From Eukaryota sp. TZLM1-RC (Eukaryota; Protista; Metamonada: BaSk clade): a stretch of 64,000 nt of DNA. Below the pieces are notes generated by a model, which ran no database searches, was not told where the DNA came from, and saw only the letters and a program-made list of their open reading frames with translations. Positions 53,977 through 64,000 of the stretch are shown in pieces. The translations under genes and the position numbers were made by a program. The stretch spans positions 1,674,001-1,738,000 of the forward strand of contig JAUPSS010000003.1 of NCBI GenBank assembly GCA_040285825.1. The letters run 5' to 3'. The first letter of the stretch is position 1, and every line of letters begins with the position of its first letter.

Positions 53977-55010
53977 TCTTAAAGATAATGTTTATAACAA
54001 TGAAATGAAGAGAGATTGAGTTTTTTGAAAGATCTGTCTGCATTAGTTTATTCCACTTTTTATACTGATTTCTACATAGGCTCTCTACAAATCTACTTGT
54101 CTATCTCCACCATTAACATGTGCTTCCATCACAGCGTACATATTCAACGAAGCATTGTGATCTTTATGCCATGTATTTTCGCATGTCAAGCCTGTAACGA
54201 ACTGACATCTCATATTTCTCTCATCGCCTTGACTTTTTGCACCATCACAATTTTTTAACTGTCTTTTCAGCTTTCCTATGGTTCAAGACTCATCAAATAA
54301 AAAACCTCATAACGAGTATTTTTAAATCATTCTCAAAACTTTTTGCTTTGGTAGGTTGTTTAAATTTCATGTGTGACCGTTGCTCCCAGTCTCTAATCCC
54401 ATCAACAACGTGCTTGCAATCACTAATTACCGAGCTGAAGCTCTGTATCATTTTCCCCTAGGAAAATGTGGGATCATTGCCATCCCACCATCTTTTCATT
54501 TTTTTAATGGTAGACTTCACCAAGGTAGATTTACTCAATTTCTTTGTTTAATATACTCCATAAATGTGTCAAAGTTGCAGCTTTTGGAATTCACTCAGCA
54601 TAAAGTTGCTTCTTTTTCTGGTGCAGGGGTATATGTTCAATCGATATTACTCAGGTCTCATGACTAATGATTGTCGTGGGGAATATTAATTTCAAGTACT
54701 AATTGTTCTTTTTGTCAGTTGATCAAATATGGTGTTACTTAGATCGATTCTTTTTTGTGCTCTTTAGATAGTTCAAAATTAGAGAGATCAATAACCCTGT
54801 CAGTGCAGTGTGTAACATTCTCTAAAAGTATACCTCATTCTTTTATTTTTGGTACTTTTTGACTCCAATATTCGTTGGTGTTGAGTATACCTGAAGTTAA
54901 CATATTTGCCTCCTTCATGTTTCTTTGAATAGGTTAATACGGTCACTATGTTTGCAGCAAAATTCAGTATTTGAGAATCATCTTGTTCAGCAGCAGCAAG
55001 GGCCATTCCT
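53972..55010 (-). pseudogene. Decayed Fanzor1 (same family as 50680-52680) whose 3' end abuts the RAE1 ATG
   Basis: FRYTQHQRILE, EINIPH, NSKSCNFDTFMEYIKQ, DWEQRSHMKFKQPT, WHKDHNASLNM; colinear with 51890-52670. Confidence 0.85.
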
Positions 55011-55234
55011 TGATATTGAGATTACTTATTTTGGAGAAACAATGATTAATGTTGAAGTGATTATTGTGAATCCCTTTAGTCTCCTTTTATGATCCACGGG
55101 TTCAAAAAATCATTTTAAGCAAAAACAGTAATGTTTTATTTCATTCTCGTGAATAAGTTTTCGCATTACAAAAAAACATTCATCACATTGAAAAAATTAA
55201 AAAACCAACAAAATGATCAGCCATTTATAATGTT

Positions 55235-55308
55235 AAAAGAATGCAGCACCCAGTGTTCGTCGGTGGTCTCGCACCCAACTGATGACCAGGCATGTGGCAG
55301 CTTCACTT
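55235..55308 (-). pseudogene. 5'-truncated 5S rRNA copy (3' ~70 nt)
   Basis: AAGTGAAGC..GCCTGGTCATCAGTTGGGTGCGAGACCACCGACGAACACTGGGTGCTGCATTCTTTT aligns to the eukaryotic 5S 3' half; flanked by a TTTTAAC repeat. Confidence 0.85.
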
Positions 55309-55543
55309 GAAAGTTAAAATTGAAATATTATAATATTGATTTTTTGATATACCCCAATCCCAAAAAGAGATTTTCTTGTTGCAAATATTATCCAAAGCTC
55401 TACTGATGCGTCGGAAGAAGTACCTTGAATTTCTGCTGTCGGGTTCTGTATGTTATTAAGGAATATTGTAGATAAAATTTGGAGGAATTTGTGACATCTA
55501 CCTTGCCTTGTTATCCCAGATTAGTTCTAGAAAACTCTTGGCC

Positions 55544-56635
55544 ATGAAAAGTGATCTCTCTTTCAATGCTGTTCTATCTAAAGGATTTTCATTGGTTCTA
55601 TCAGGAAATCCATGTATTCTTTGCACTCCTGTCACTGCACAGGGATCTCTACCAGTTCCTCCAGATTCTAGGATGATTGTATTCAAAGATCAGTCACAGT
55701 CTTATACGTCATGGGGAACAATAGGTGGAGGAACCCTAGAATTTACAAGCGTCCAGTATGCACAGTCTCTACTTGAGGGAAGCTCTACCAGTGATTTATT
55801 GTACAGGTTTCATTTTGACTCTAAGGATTCTAATGACGTAAAGCCCATATGTGGAGGGAATACTGCTATTTTGATCGAGAAGTTGACTCCCTTCATTGCC
55901 GAAGAGTGGTTGGACTTACTTAATGATTCAAAACCGTTTATCGAAACTATTGTATTTAAATCTAACGTTTCAGAGTATCTCAAATCTGGGACGACATGTG
56001 CGCATAATGTTTCTTTCAGCAGACACTTCATTACAGACAGCAACCATTGTTCCACGCTGTCATCTGACTTGGTGTCCTGCATAAGAGATTGCTCAACTAC
56101 TGAATCACTCATAGATCAAAATGTTTTGATTTTCAAACGTTTTCCTGACCCAATAGTCTCTGTCTTTGGTGCAGGTCATTGTTGCTTGTCTTTAACAACG
56201 GTTGCCCAAGTTGCTGGCTTTAGGGTAAAAGTGTTTGATAATAGGGAAGATATTTTGAAGAGTTATCCCCCTGAAGTGGAATCCAATCTGATTGATTACA
56301 ATGATTTGACTGGTGTCCTCAAAGATTTGAAAGGTTCCTTTATCGTAATAATGACACATGGTCATTTGCATGACCAAACAGTCTTACGTCAAGTTATGAA
56401 TTTTTCTCCATCTAGATCATATTTCTCCTATGTTGGAATGATTGGATCGAGGAGGAAGGTAAAGTTAGTTATGGACACTTTGAGTAGTGAAGGGGTTTGT
56501 AATTTAGATATGGTAAGAAGTCCAATTGGTTTAGTTCATGCTGATACAGCAGGTGGGGTTGCTGTAAGTATTATGGCTGAAATACTTCATGAGCATCGCA
56601 TCAGTACAAGGATGAAGAGTCAATGTCTGGGTTGA
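55544..56635 (+). CDS. xdhC: XdhC/CoxI-family molybdoenzyme maturation factor
   Basis: GTIGGGTLE, ICGG, VFGAGH, MTHGHLHD, YVGMIGSRRK, RSPIGL, AVSIMAEIL. Confidence 0.9.
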   Translation: MKSDLSFNAVLSKGFSLVLSGNPCILCTPVTAQGSLPVPPDSRMIVFKDQSQSYTSWGTIGGGTLEFTSVQYAQSLLEGSSTSDLLYRFHFDSKDSNDVKPICGGNTAILIEKLTPFIAEEWLDLLNDSKPFIETIVFKSNVSEYLKSGTTCAHNVSFSRHFITDSNHCSTLSSDLVSCIRDCSTTESLIDQNVLIFKRFPDPIVSVFGAGHCCLSLTTVAQVAGFRVKVFDNREDILKSYPPEVESNLIDYNDLTGVLKDLKGSFIVIMTHGHLHDQTVLRQVMNFSPSRSYFSYVGMIGSRRKVKLVMDTLSSEGVCNLDMVRSPIGLVHADTAGGVAVSIMAEILHEHRISTRMKSQCLG

Positions 56636-56683
56636 TATAAATGTTTTTAATTTTTAATTGTATGTTTTAAAAATTTATTTACC

Positions 56684-58310
56684 AAAATTGGTCTCCGACT
56701 TAATTTACTTAAATGTGTTTTGTTATCGAATTCTCCAGTTTCCACAATAGTTGATGGTATTGAAATTCAAGCCAAATTATATTCAATTGATGCTATTCGT
56801 CATTTGGGTTCGTTTTTAGGAAATAATGATGAAATTACCAAAAAATTGTTTGAAAAGTTGAACTCAATTTCTGACAAAATTGACTGAATGATGAATTTAG
56901 ATATACAAAAACAAATCAAATTTACCATTATAAGACTGTGTTTTAGTTCCAATTTCAATCATATATTTCGATCTACCAATCCCCTTGTCACTAGGCCTTT
57001 GGCTCAGAAGTTTAATGAGTTACGTGCAAAAGTTTTGTCACAATTACTGGGATGTAAAATGCTTCAAATTCCAGACCATGCTTATATTAGTCCACATTAT
57101 GGCGGTTTAGGTTGGACGAAGGCTTCTATTCTTACCTCGTGTGCTTTTGTTGGTGGATGCAGAAATGCAATCTTTGAGCTTTCCGAAAGATTTGCAGATT
57201 GGGAAGATTTATTGATGACAAGGCAAAGTTCCACTGTTTTTGCATTAAATGAAGAAATTTCAAAAATTGATGCAGAAAAATGGGGTCGATGCTTTCCTTA
57301 ATCATTCAATGGCAATATTCCAGAAAAGAATGTTGTAAATTTGAAGTACACTCTTCAAACATTACAGAAACGATTGACTGGAATGTATGAAAATGATCTT
57401 TATAATAATATCTGCAGCTCTGCTGTTTTAAATCAAGATCTTCACTCATTGTTATTGGAAAAGGGTGTTTGTGAAAACAAGTCATCAGATTCTTCACTGT
57501 TTGTAACCATTGTACCACGAAGATTTGGATTGCGTGCCACTAATGAAGCATTTGTAACAAAAATGAGATTATATTTGAATATCCCCATTAATCAATTATT
57601 ATCAAAAGAAAAATGTATTTCTTCGAATTCACCTCAACTCACTTTGCCCCATGCTCTGAATTGTTCTAAATTGATAACTTATCGTTCTTCATTCCATGAT
57701 GCTGTTAGAGACACTGTTTTCAATATGGCACAAACTGCAAGAATATCGTGTATCAAAGAGCCTCTGCTGAAGGAAACACTTTCTCTGAATAACTTTAGTT
57801 CTGATGATAGAGGTGATGTATACTGTGATTGGATTGATAATTCTGAAGCTATTGTTGACTTTGTCTCATGTAATGTTGCAAATGATACTTTGGTTCACAG
57901 AAGAAAACTTAATCCTGTGAGTGCTCTTGATTTTAAAGCAAAAGAAAAACACAGAAAATATGATATGAATATGGAGATGTTGAAGAGGCTAATGCTGATA
58001 GAAATACACAGCTGGTTTTTATTGCTTTCCCATTTTCGATAAATGGAAGATCATCAGACGAAGCAGAAAATTTTTTTGAATGACTTCCAATAAATGGTTC
58101 AAGAAAAAACAATGAAAAGATTTGATATTTTTTTATGGCGTTCACGGATTCAATTTGGCATTATTAATAGATTACCTCGGTTTTTCAATTTAATAACAGA
58201 AGCTTTAGCTAGACAGCAAGCAGATCAAGATTTTGTAGAGGAAATCTTGGTTCAATGATAGTCGTCCCATTAGTTATGAGTTAATTTAATTAAGTGTGCA
58301 TGTTCAATAA
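56684..58310 (+). mobile_element. RLE (CRE-like) retrotransposon family A, longest copy, decayed
   Basis: IGLRLNLLKC and IRHLGSFLG (RT end), GGLGW, HALNC..HDAVRD, RGD..D..KEKHRKY; 3' UTR ending TTCAATAAA. Confidence 0.92.
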
Positions 58311-58344
58311 ATAATGATTTTTAATTGTTCATGACTCAAAAAAA

Positions 58345-59330
58345 ACCGTGGTAAATCGTGGTAAAAATTTTATCTTTGAGTTTGTGAATCGTTTTCCAGA
58401 AAAAATTGATCTCATTGAAAACTGTGGCAGCTCTTATCTTATTTCTTTGCAACAGAAAATTGAAACTCTTTCACCAAATATCTGCTCTAAATGTTTTCCC
58501 TCTGATATTGTGGAACTTTTTCCAAGAACGTTGCTCTCTTTACCACTGACTTTTGCAAAGTTGCAGAAAAAAATGTTAAAAGTTAGTTTTAGAAAACTTG
58601 GATTATATTGTACGTCTAAGCTTGGTTAAGGAAAAAATCCCGTTATTGCAAACTTTTTGATTGATCTTGAAGACAGTTGCTCAAGTTGCCTAATCTCCCA
58701 AATTCCCAACATTTATGGCCTTCTACTTAATGATCACCAATGGACCACTGCAATGAGAATGAGATGTTTCTTATGGCCATGTTCGTTACCAAATGATTTA
58801 ATATGTCGCTGCATGAATGTTGTTACGCTTTCCCATATTTTAAACTGCAAATATTTTATAACTTATCGCTCAATTGTTCTGTTCAATTGACTCTGTTCGT
58901 GATCAATTATATGCCATGTGCAAAATTTTCAATATTGAGGCTTTTATTGAACCTTTAGTTCGTAAGCTATGTCCAGATCAAACTGATGATTCCTTTGGTA
59001 AAAGAAGGGCAGATTTAGTAGCTCCAGGGATCGATGGTGTTCTCAATGGTGTGGATGTTGTCTCAGTAGATGTCTGCAAAAATTCTGCTGCTCGTCTGGT
59101 GTATTCCGCTGATTTGCCGCTATCTAACGCCGAAAAACAATATGAAGAACCATTGGAACAATTAGGTAGAGTCGAACATGTGAAATATCAGTTTGTGCCG
59201 TTTGCAATTTCTCTTTTTGGCAATATTGGACCTTCTGGGTTACAATTTTTTGAAGACTTCAAAAAAGTTTTACTGAATAGGTCTGGTAAAAAATGAATTC
59301 CACTTTCAATAAAAATACAGTACAATAAAA
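58345..59330 (+). mobile_element. RLE retrotransposon family D fragment
   Basis: GKNFIFEF, WTTAMRMRC..CRC..HILNC, RRADL..DVVSVDVC, FVPFAISLFG. Confidence 0.88.
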
Positions 59331-59967
59331 AATTTTAATGTTTTTTTTTTAATTTTAGCTGATTAAGATATAGAGGTTTGTTTCCAGATAGAATTACTTT
59401 TTATAAATATAGTGGAGATAAAAAAAGCGTTATATACTGATCTAACTGTTGGTGTTCAATTTACGTTTTTGTTATTTTTGTAATTATGGCTCAAAATCTT
59501 TCCCAATTGAAAATAGAATAATTTAAAAATTGTTGTTGCATTATAATTGAGGCAATGGACAAAAGTTCAGTTGGTGGTATCGAATGTTTTGACATTCCAC
59601 GAATCTTTGTTTATTTCGGTTTCAACTAATGCGGTTGGATACAGCAGAAATTTCATTCTTGTTAATTGTCAAAATAAGCAAGATATAAGACATAAGTGTT
59701 ATTACGTTTTAATTTTGCAATTCATTGTATATCAATTCAATAATATAGTGTTCGTTCTATTGGTGTGTTTTGAAGAAGCCAATTACAATTGGTGAATGTG
59801 GTGTCATAAAAGAAATACCCTCCATGAATCAATTGTTCTATTTTGGCAGGATTACTTTAACTTCATTTGTTCAATTATGATTGGATTGCATTCGTGTAAG
59901 AAAGTCATGAAAGTAGATCAAAATTAATTTTTATTATTTTTTTTATTATTTTTTTCATACTTATTGA

Positions 59968-61269
59968 TTAACAATTAAACACTGCACAGGGAAATTGTTG
60001 TTTCAAGATACATTCACAACCACATTTTACTGCAGAATTTCCAAGCTTAGATCCACAAGAACATTCGCAAAAATTAAATACAACAACCTTTTCACAGCGG
60101 TGTTCAATGCTTATTTCCTGAATGTTAACGTCAATTATTAAAAAGAACAAAAAAATATGTGAAAGATAAATCAATTCATGGATCTTTTCCACAAGCTGTC
60201 TAATCAACAACCGTGCTCCGATTTTATCTCTTTGAAGAGTCAAGTAATGGATTGATTGCGGCATTTCTGCAAGACACTCACCAAAATCATTGGAAGTTAT
60301 GACTACTTGTTCTACCCCAAGAGGAATCAAAGGTGCATGATGATAACACTCCAATGATCTAAGCTTTGTCAAGCCCTTGAGGCCTTCAAACGCAGGAGAA
60401 TATGGTACGTTTTTGAATATCAAAGTGAGCTGTGTTAGCGACTTCATTGATGACAGATTCAAATGGAAACTTCTAATCTCCACAGTCGGAAGTTGTTCAA
60501 TGGATGTGTTCCTTTTGCAAATAGAACTTGCTAATTCCAGACTGATCTCAGTCTTAATTGTTGAAATTCTCGTTGAAGGACGCTCAAGGACTAATTGTCT
60601 CAAGCATCCCTTTTTGAATAACCCGTAGTTTTCTATAATTGTAAAATCTAATTCTGCTCCTGAGAGAACTAATCGTTGGACTGAATACGTCGAAACCGCA
60701 TTGATAATGTCGTTAAAACCATGGTTATCGGGAACACAGTGAACTTGCAAAGCCTCTAAATGTCTACTTGACTGAGAGGAGAAGAGAGAGGTTAGATTTT
60801 GCAGATGATATTCTTGGAGGAATCGAGTGGAGACTATAATCTCCATGTTGCACTCAGTCAATACCTTCTCTTTGTAACTATTAGACATTGTTTCGAATGT
60901 TAAGAGCAGTGAGTGGGATCTGTGAGAATACTCGTCACTTATACTACAAGGAGCTCCTTTGATGCAAATATGAGGAGGTAACTGATGATTGAATCGCTTC
61001 CAATCCTTACATACTATGTTCATGTCAGGTGGAATTATAAGCTCTATAAGATTGTAAAAGGAGAATAACTCAGGGAGCTTGCCCCAGCGTTGCAAATAAC
61101 GCACTTCACGTGGAGAAAGAGTGAGACGTCTCCTTTTTGCAAAACAATCTATAACAATAAACCTTTCTCTAGATGATACATTTGAGATTTTTAACAAATG
61201 AGTCAAACCAATTCGATGAAACACGTAACAAAGTTCAGGTGTTGAGAGGGGTCGAAGCAGAGGAAGCAT
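59968..61269 (-). CDS. F-box-like/LRR-like protein
   Basis: N-terminal LSTPELCYVF (F-box-like); LxxLxL repeats (MKSLTQLTL, LTKLRSLEC). Confidence 0.6.
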   Translation of the reverse strand: MLPLLRPLSTPELCYVFHRIGLTHLLKISNVSSRERFIVIDCFAKRRRLTLSPREVRYLQRWGKLPELFSFYNLIELIIPPDMNIVCKDWKRFNHQLPPHICIKGAPCSISDEYSHRSHSLLLTFETMSNSYKEKVLTECNMEIIVSTRFLQEYHLQNLTSLFSSQSSRHLEALQVHCVPDNHGFNDIINAVSTYSVQRLVLSGAELDFTIIENYGLFKKGCLRQLVLERPSTRISTIKTEISLELASSICKRNTSIEQLPTVEIRSFHLNLSSMKSLTQLTLIFKNVPYSPAFEGLKGLTKLRSLECYHHAPLIPLGVEQVVITSNDFGECLAEMPQSIHYLTLQRDKIGARLLIRQLVEKIHELIYLSHIFLFFLIIDVNIQEISIEHRCEKVVVFNFCECSCGSKLGNSAVKCGCECILKQQFPCAVFNC

Positions 61270-61539
61270 TGTAACTGTAAATCTTGTTTGTTTTGAAAAT
61301 TGTAGAGTGCATGATATTTGACTATCTTATCTAGTTTGCTTCTGTGTTTTGACTGTTCAACGAGTTAATGCGAAGCAATAGCAACATGAAATCAAAATTC
61401 AATAATTGACAAATGAAGATGCAAGAATAACCTTCACAACGTGAACACTCCACAAAAACCAATAATCGTGACTCTGATCAGTGGTACAAGATGAACAACA
61501 AAAGTGGGAAATAACTCAGTTTATTTTTGGCAATATTCA

Positions 61540-61980
61540 TCAACAAAAGGAAGCCCGGCGTTTCACACCAGCAGTAGAGTTGCATATATCAGGAGCTGTC
61601 TTGATAGCCCAATGAAAATGTTTTAGTGAGGTGTTCAGTTCGATACCCAAATGCACTTTGCTATGGACACTCAGAAACACATCATCGTCATCTGTGGAGT
61701 TTGTATCTATGGATGCATGTAATCGTGTAGGGGTTGGTGCCAGAGGACTTGTTGTCCGGGAAATATCTATTAAGTCCATGTATGAGTTCCGTATTGGTAT
61801 TGGACGTGATTCCCAGAATTTCGTTATATTACTTGGAGGAGTAGGAGGAGTTGGTGCTGAACTCTTGTAGCAGGCTTTGGATGTGCGTGAAGACATTATG
61901 ACTTTAGTAGGTATGATTGACTTTACCAGAATCTGCGAACAAGTTTGAGAAACTGTAGACGTCATCTGCTTCCCAGACAT
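61540..61980 (-). CDS. Hypothetical S/T/P-rich protein (start may be 61896)
   Basis: Coding-like composition only. Confidence 0.4.
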   Translation of the reverse strand: MSGKQMTSTVSQTCSQILVKSIIPTKVIMSSRTSKACYKSSAPTPPTPPSNITKFWESRPIPIRNSYMDLIDISRTTSPLAPTPTRLHASIDTNSTDDDDVFLSVHSKVHLGIELNTSLKHFHWAIKTAPDICNSTAGVKRRASFC

Positions 61981-62839
61981 GCACGTCTACCACACTGTAG
62001 CGGAATATCCACTTATGGATTGAATGTGTTACAATATATCACCACCTGAAGTGATTTATGAAAGCAAGTTGAACCTCATACAAACCGACTAAACCAGCTC
62101 AATGGCAGTTCATTTGGTTGGAGGCTCTTAACAAGATTGCCAAAATAGCATAGTCAAATCAACTAATACATTATTCTTCAAAGTCAATGTGTGTAGGTTG
62201 TTACTGAAGAGAAACTTGCTCATATTACAAAGAGTTCCAACTTACTCACATCAACTAAGACAAATGAAAGTCTATAATTAACAGAAGTCTTTACAAGAGA
62301 ACAGCAACTATGATCATTGTAGTGTTATTGATTACCAAGAATCAGATCTAATACCCCTTTCTTGAAGCTAGAACAAAAACACAAACTAGACACTTCTCTC
62401 TACAACGGTGGGACTCGGAGATGTCAAAACCCCATTATAATGATGCCGAAACTGTTGTACACAGCGAAGCTATCAATAGGGACCATATTGTATTGATCAA
62501 ACAATTGGCTTTCATCAATTTGAACCACTAGTGATCTGAAGATTCATCCATCAGGAACTATTAAAGAAACAACCATTCTAAGGAGGTTCTGAATTACAGC
62601 CTGGCAAAATTACATTCAAAATCTGTCAAAAAAATCGTAAACTAAAGTAAATCATACTTTTTATTTACAACTTTGACCGAATACTATAATTTTACAAGTA
62701 ATATTTGATCCAAAATATCCGAATAAAATGATCTAATAGCAATCCGTAGACAAATGTACACATAGACAGTTCAATCTTCTAGACACTTTTTGTATTGTTG
62801 GTGGTTCAACTATAATTATTAATGTTGCAACCGATGAGG

Positions 62840-64000
62840 CTTTATTGATTTCGAAAAGTACCGAAGTAATTACAAGATTAAAACATGCATTTGTTTGTTT
62901 GGTGAAAATTATTTCTGACATAGCAAGAAAACAGATTGAGCCAATTGATGCCGTTAGGAAGAAATACCAAAAAAAGAAAAGACAGAAAAGAGCATTTATT
63001 AATCAAAATATTTGTTCGCAAAAAAAGTACCGTGTCTTCACGTGAAATCCCGAGACACCTAATAGCCTAGTTGACCAACAACAACAACATTTGTTAAACG
63101 TTGTCACCTTGAAGAAGTTCAGACTACAAGAAATTCAGGAAAATCATTTGAAGAAGGAATTATTGACTTAACTCAAGGAAGTCAGGGAAGCCATTATCGG
63201 CGATACTTTGATGAACTTCCTATCAATGGTCACAATGTTTTTCCCTTTCCCCAGTCAGAGTTGATTTTGAAGTTGTTTGCTTATGTGAAACATTGTTTAA
63301 CTCCAACATTTATTAAGGGTAAAAATCTTTATTATACTCAATCAGCCAAGCCATTGAAATTTCTCTGAAATTGAATGGTTCTGTTACTATTTTATATAGT
63401 AACAGAACCATTCAATCATTTTGTTCCCATGATGGAAAACTTTTGTCAGTCAGTAATCCTTTTCCGTTGACAACTACGATGATTTCACAGCATATAAGAC
63501 ACGATATTGGCTCAACGAAAGATCTATGAAGTTAAAAGGGAGAACAAATGACATAAGATCATCAGTTTTTACCGAAATACTAACTGATAAGGTATTAGAA
63601 TGATAAAAACGTGAGACTAAAGGCTGCTTTCAATTGAAATTTTCCTCAATTGCAACAGACGGGATTGCTTGCTCAGTGGTTTTAATTGGTAAAATCATGG
63701 TTGATGAAAATTTAAATGCTTATAAGAATTTTACCTGCAAGACGTTAGCGTACCCAGAGAGATACATGCATTCCTTGTCTGAAAATGTGGAAAGGTTGAA
63801 GTTAAAAGATAAAAGAATAGTTGCCATCGACCCTAACGAGTACGATTTAATGCACTGTATTTCTTTAAATCCTGCTGTAACTGTTACCCCATAACAAATT
63901 TCACAAGATGTGTTTTATAAAAAAAGACAACTTCCAGAAATCAAAAGCAAAAAACGCAAAGGTATTAAAAGAAGAAAGAAACAAGTACAAAACCTATCAA
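62840..64000 (+). pseudogene. Decayed Fanzor1, runs off the window end
   Basis: FSSIATDGIACSVVL and RuvC-I RIVAIDPNEYDLMHC. Confidence 0.75.

Noticed and set aside
7386-58310. CRISPR-like array from recurring 85-nt repeats
   Set aside because: The repeats are dispersed retrotransposon 3' ends, not regularly spaced.

Overview
AT-rich eukaryotic nuclear DNA from a flagellated protist. Very short GT-AG introns with a fused branch point/3' splice site, axonemal genes and bacterial-type XdhC and beta-lactamase-like genes suggest an anaerobic metamonad-like organism (inference). About 16 compact host genes sit as islands in intergenic transposon debris. They include a spindle-E/TDRD9-like DEAH helicase, TFIIF-alpha, a BSD protein, an EH-RING protein, a DNAH10-type dynein heavy chain lacking its N-terminal half, PLD3, a serine hydrolase, SPEF2-like, CGI-121, RAE1 and XdhC. 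The debris comprises at least 4 families of RLE (CRE-like) non-LTR retrotransposons, an internally deleted hAT with TIRs/TSD, a truncated 5S rRNA retrocopy, a PolB-exonuclease fragment and at least 8 Fanzor (eukaryotic TnpB-like) loci. Most notable: (1) a nearly intact divergent Fanzor with an N-terminal CCHC knuckle and a candidate structured omega-RNA; (2) near-identical leader-plus-ATG cassettes fused to the start codons of unrelated host genes, one of them a dead Fanzor 3' end; (3) a dynein heavy chain split at the AAA1/AAA2 boundary. All calls come from manual reading and recalled family motifs; no database searches were run, and mobile-element boundaries are approximate.
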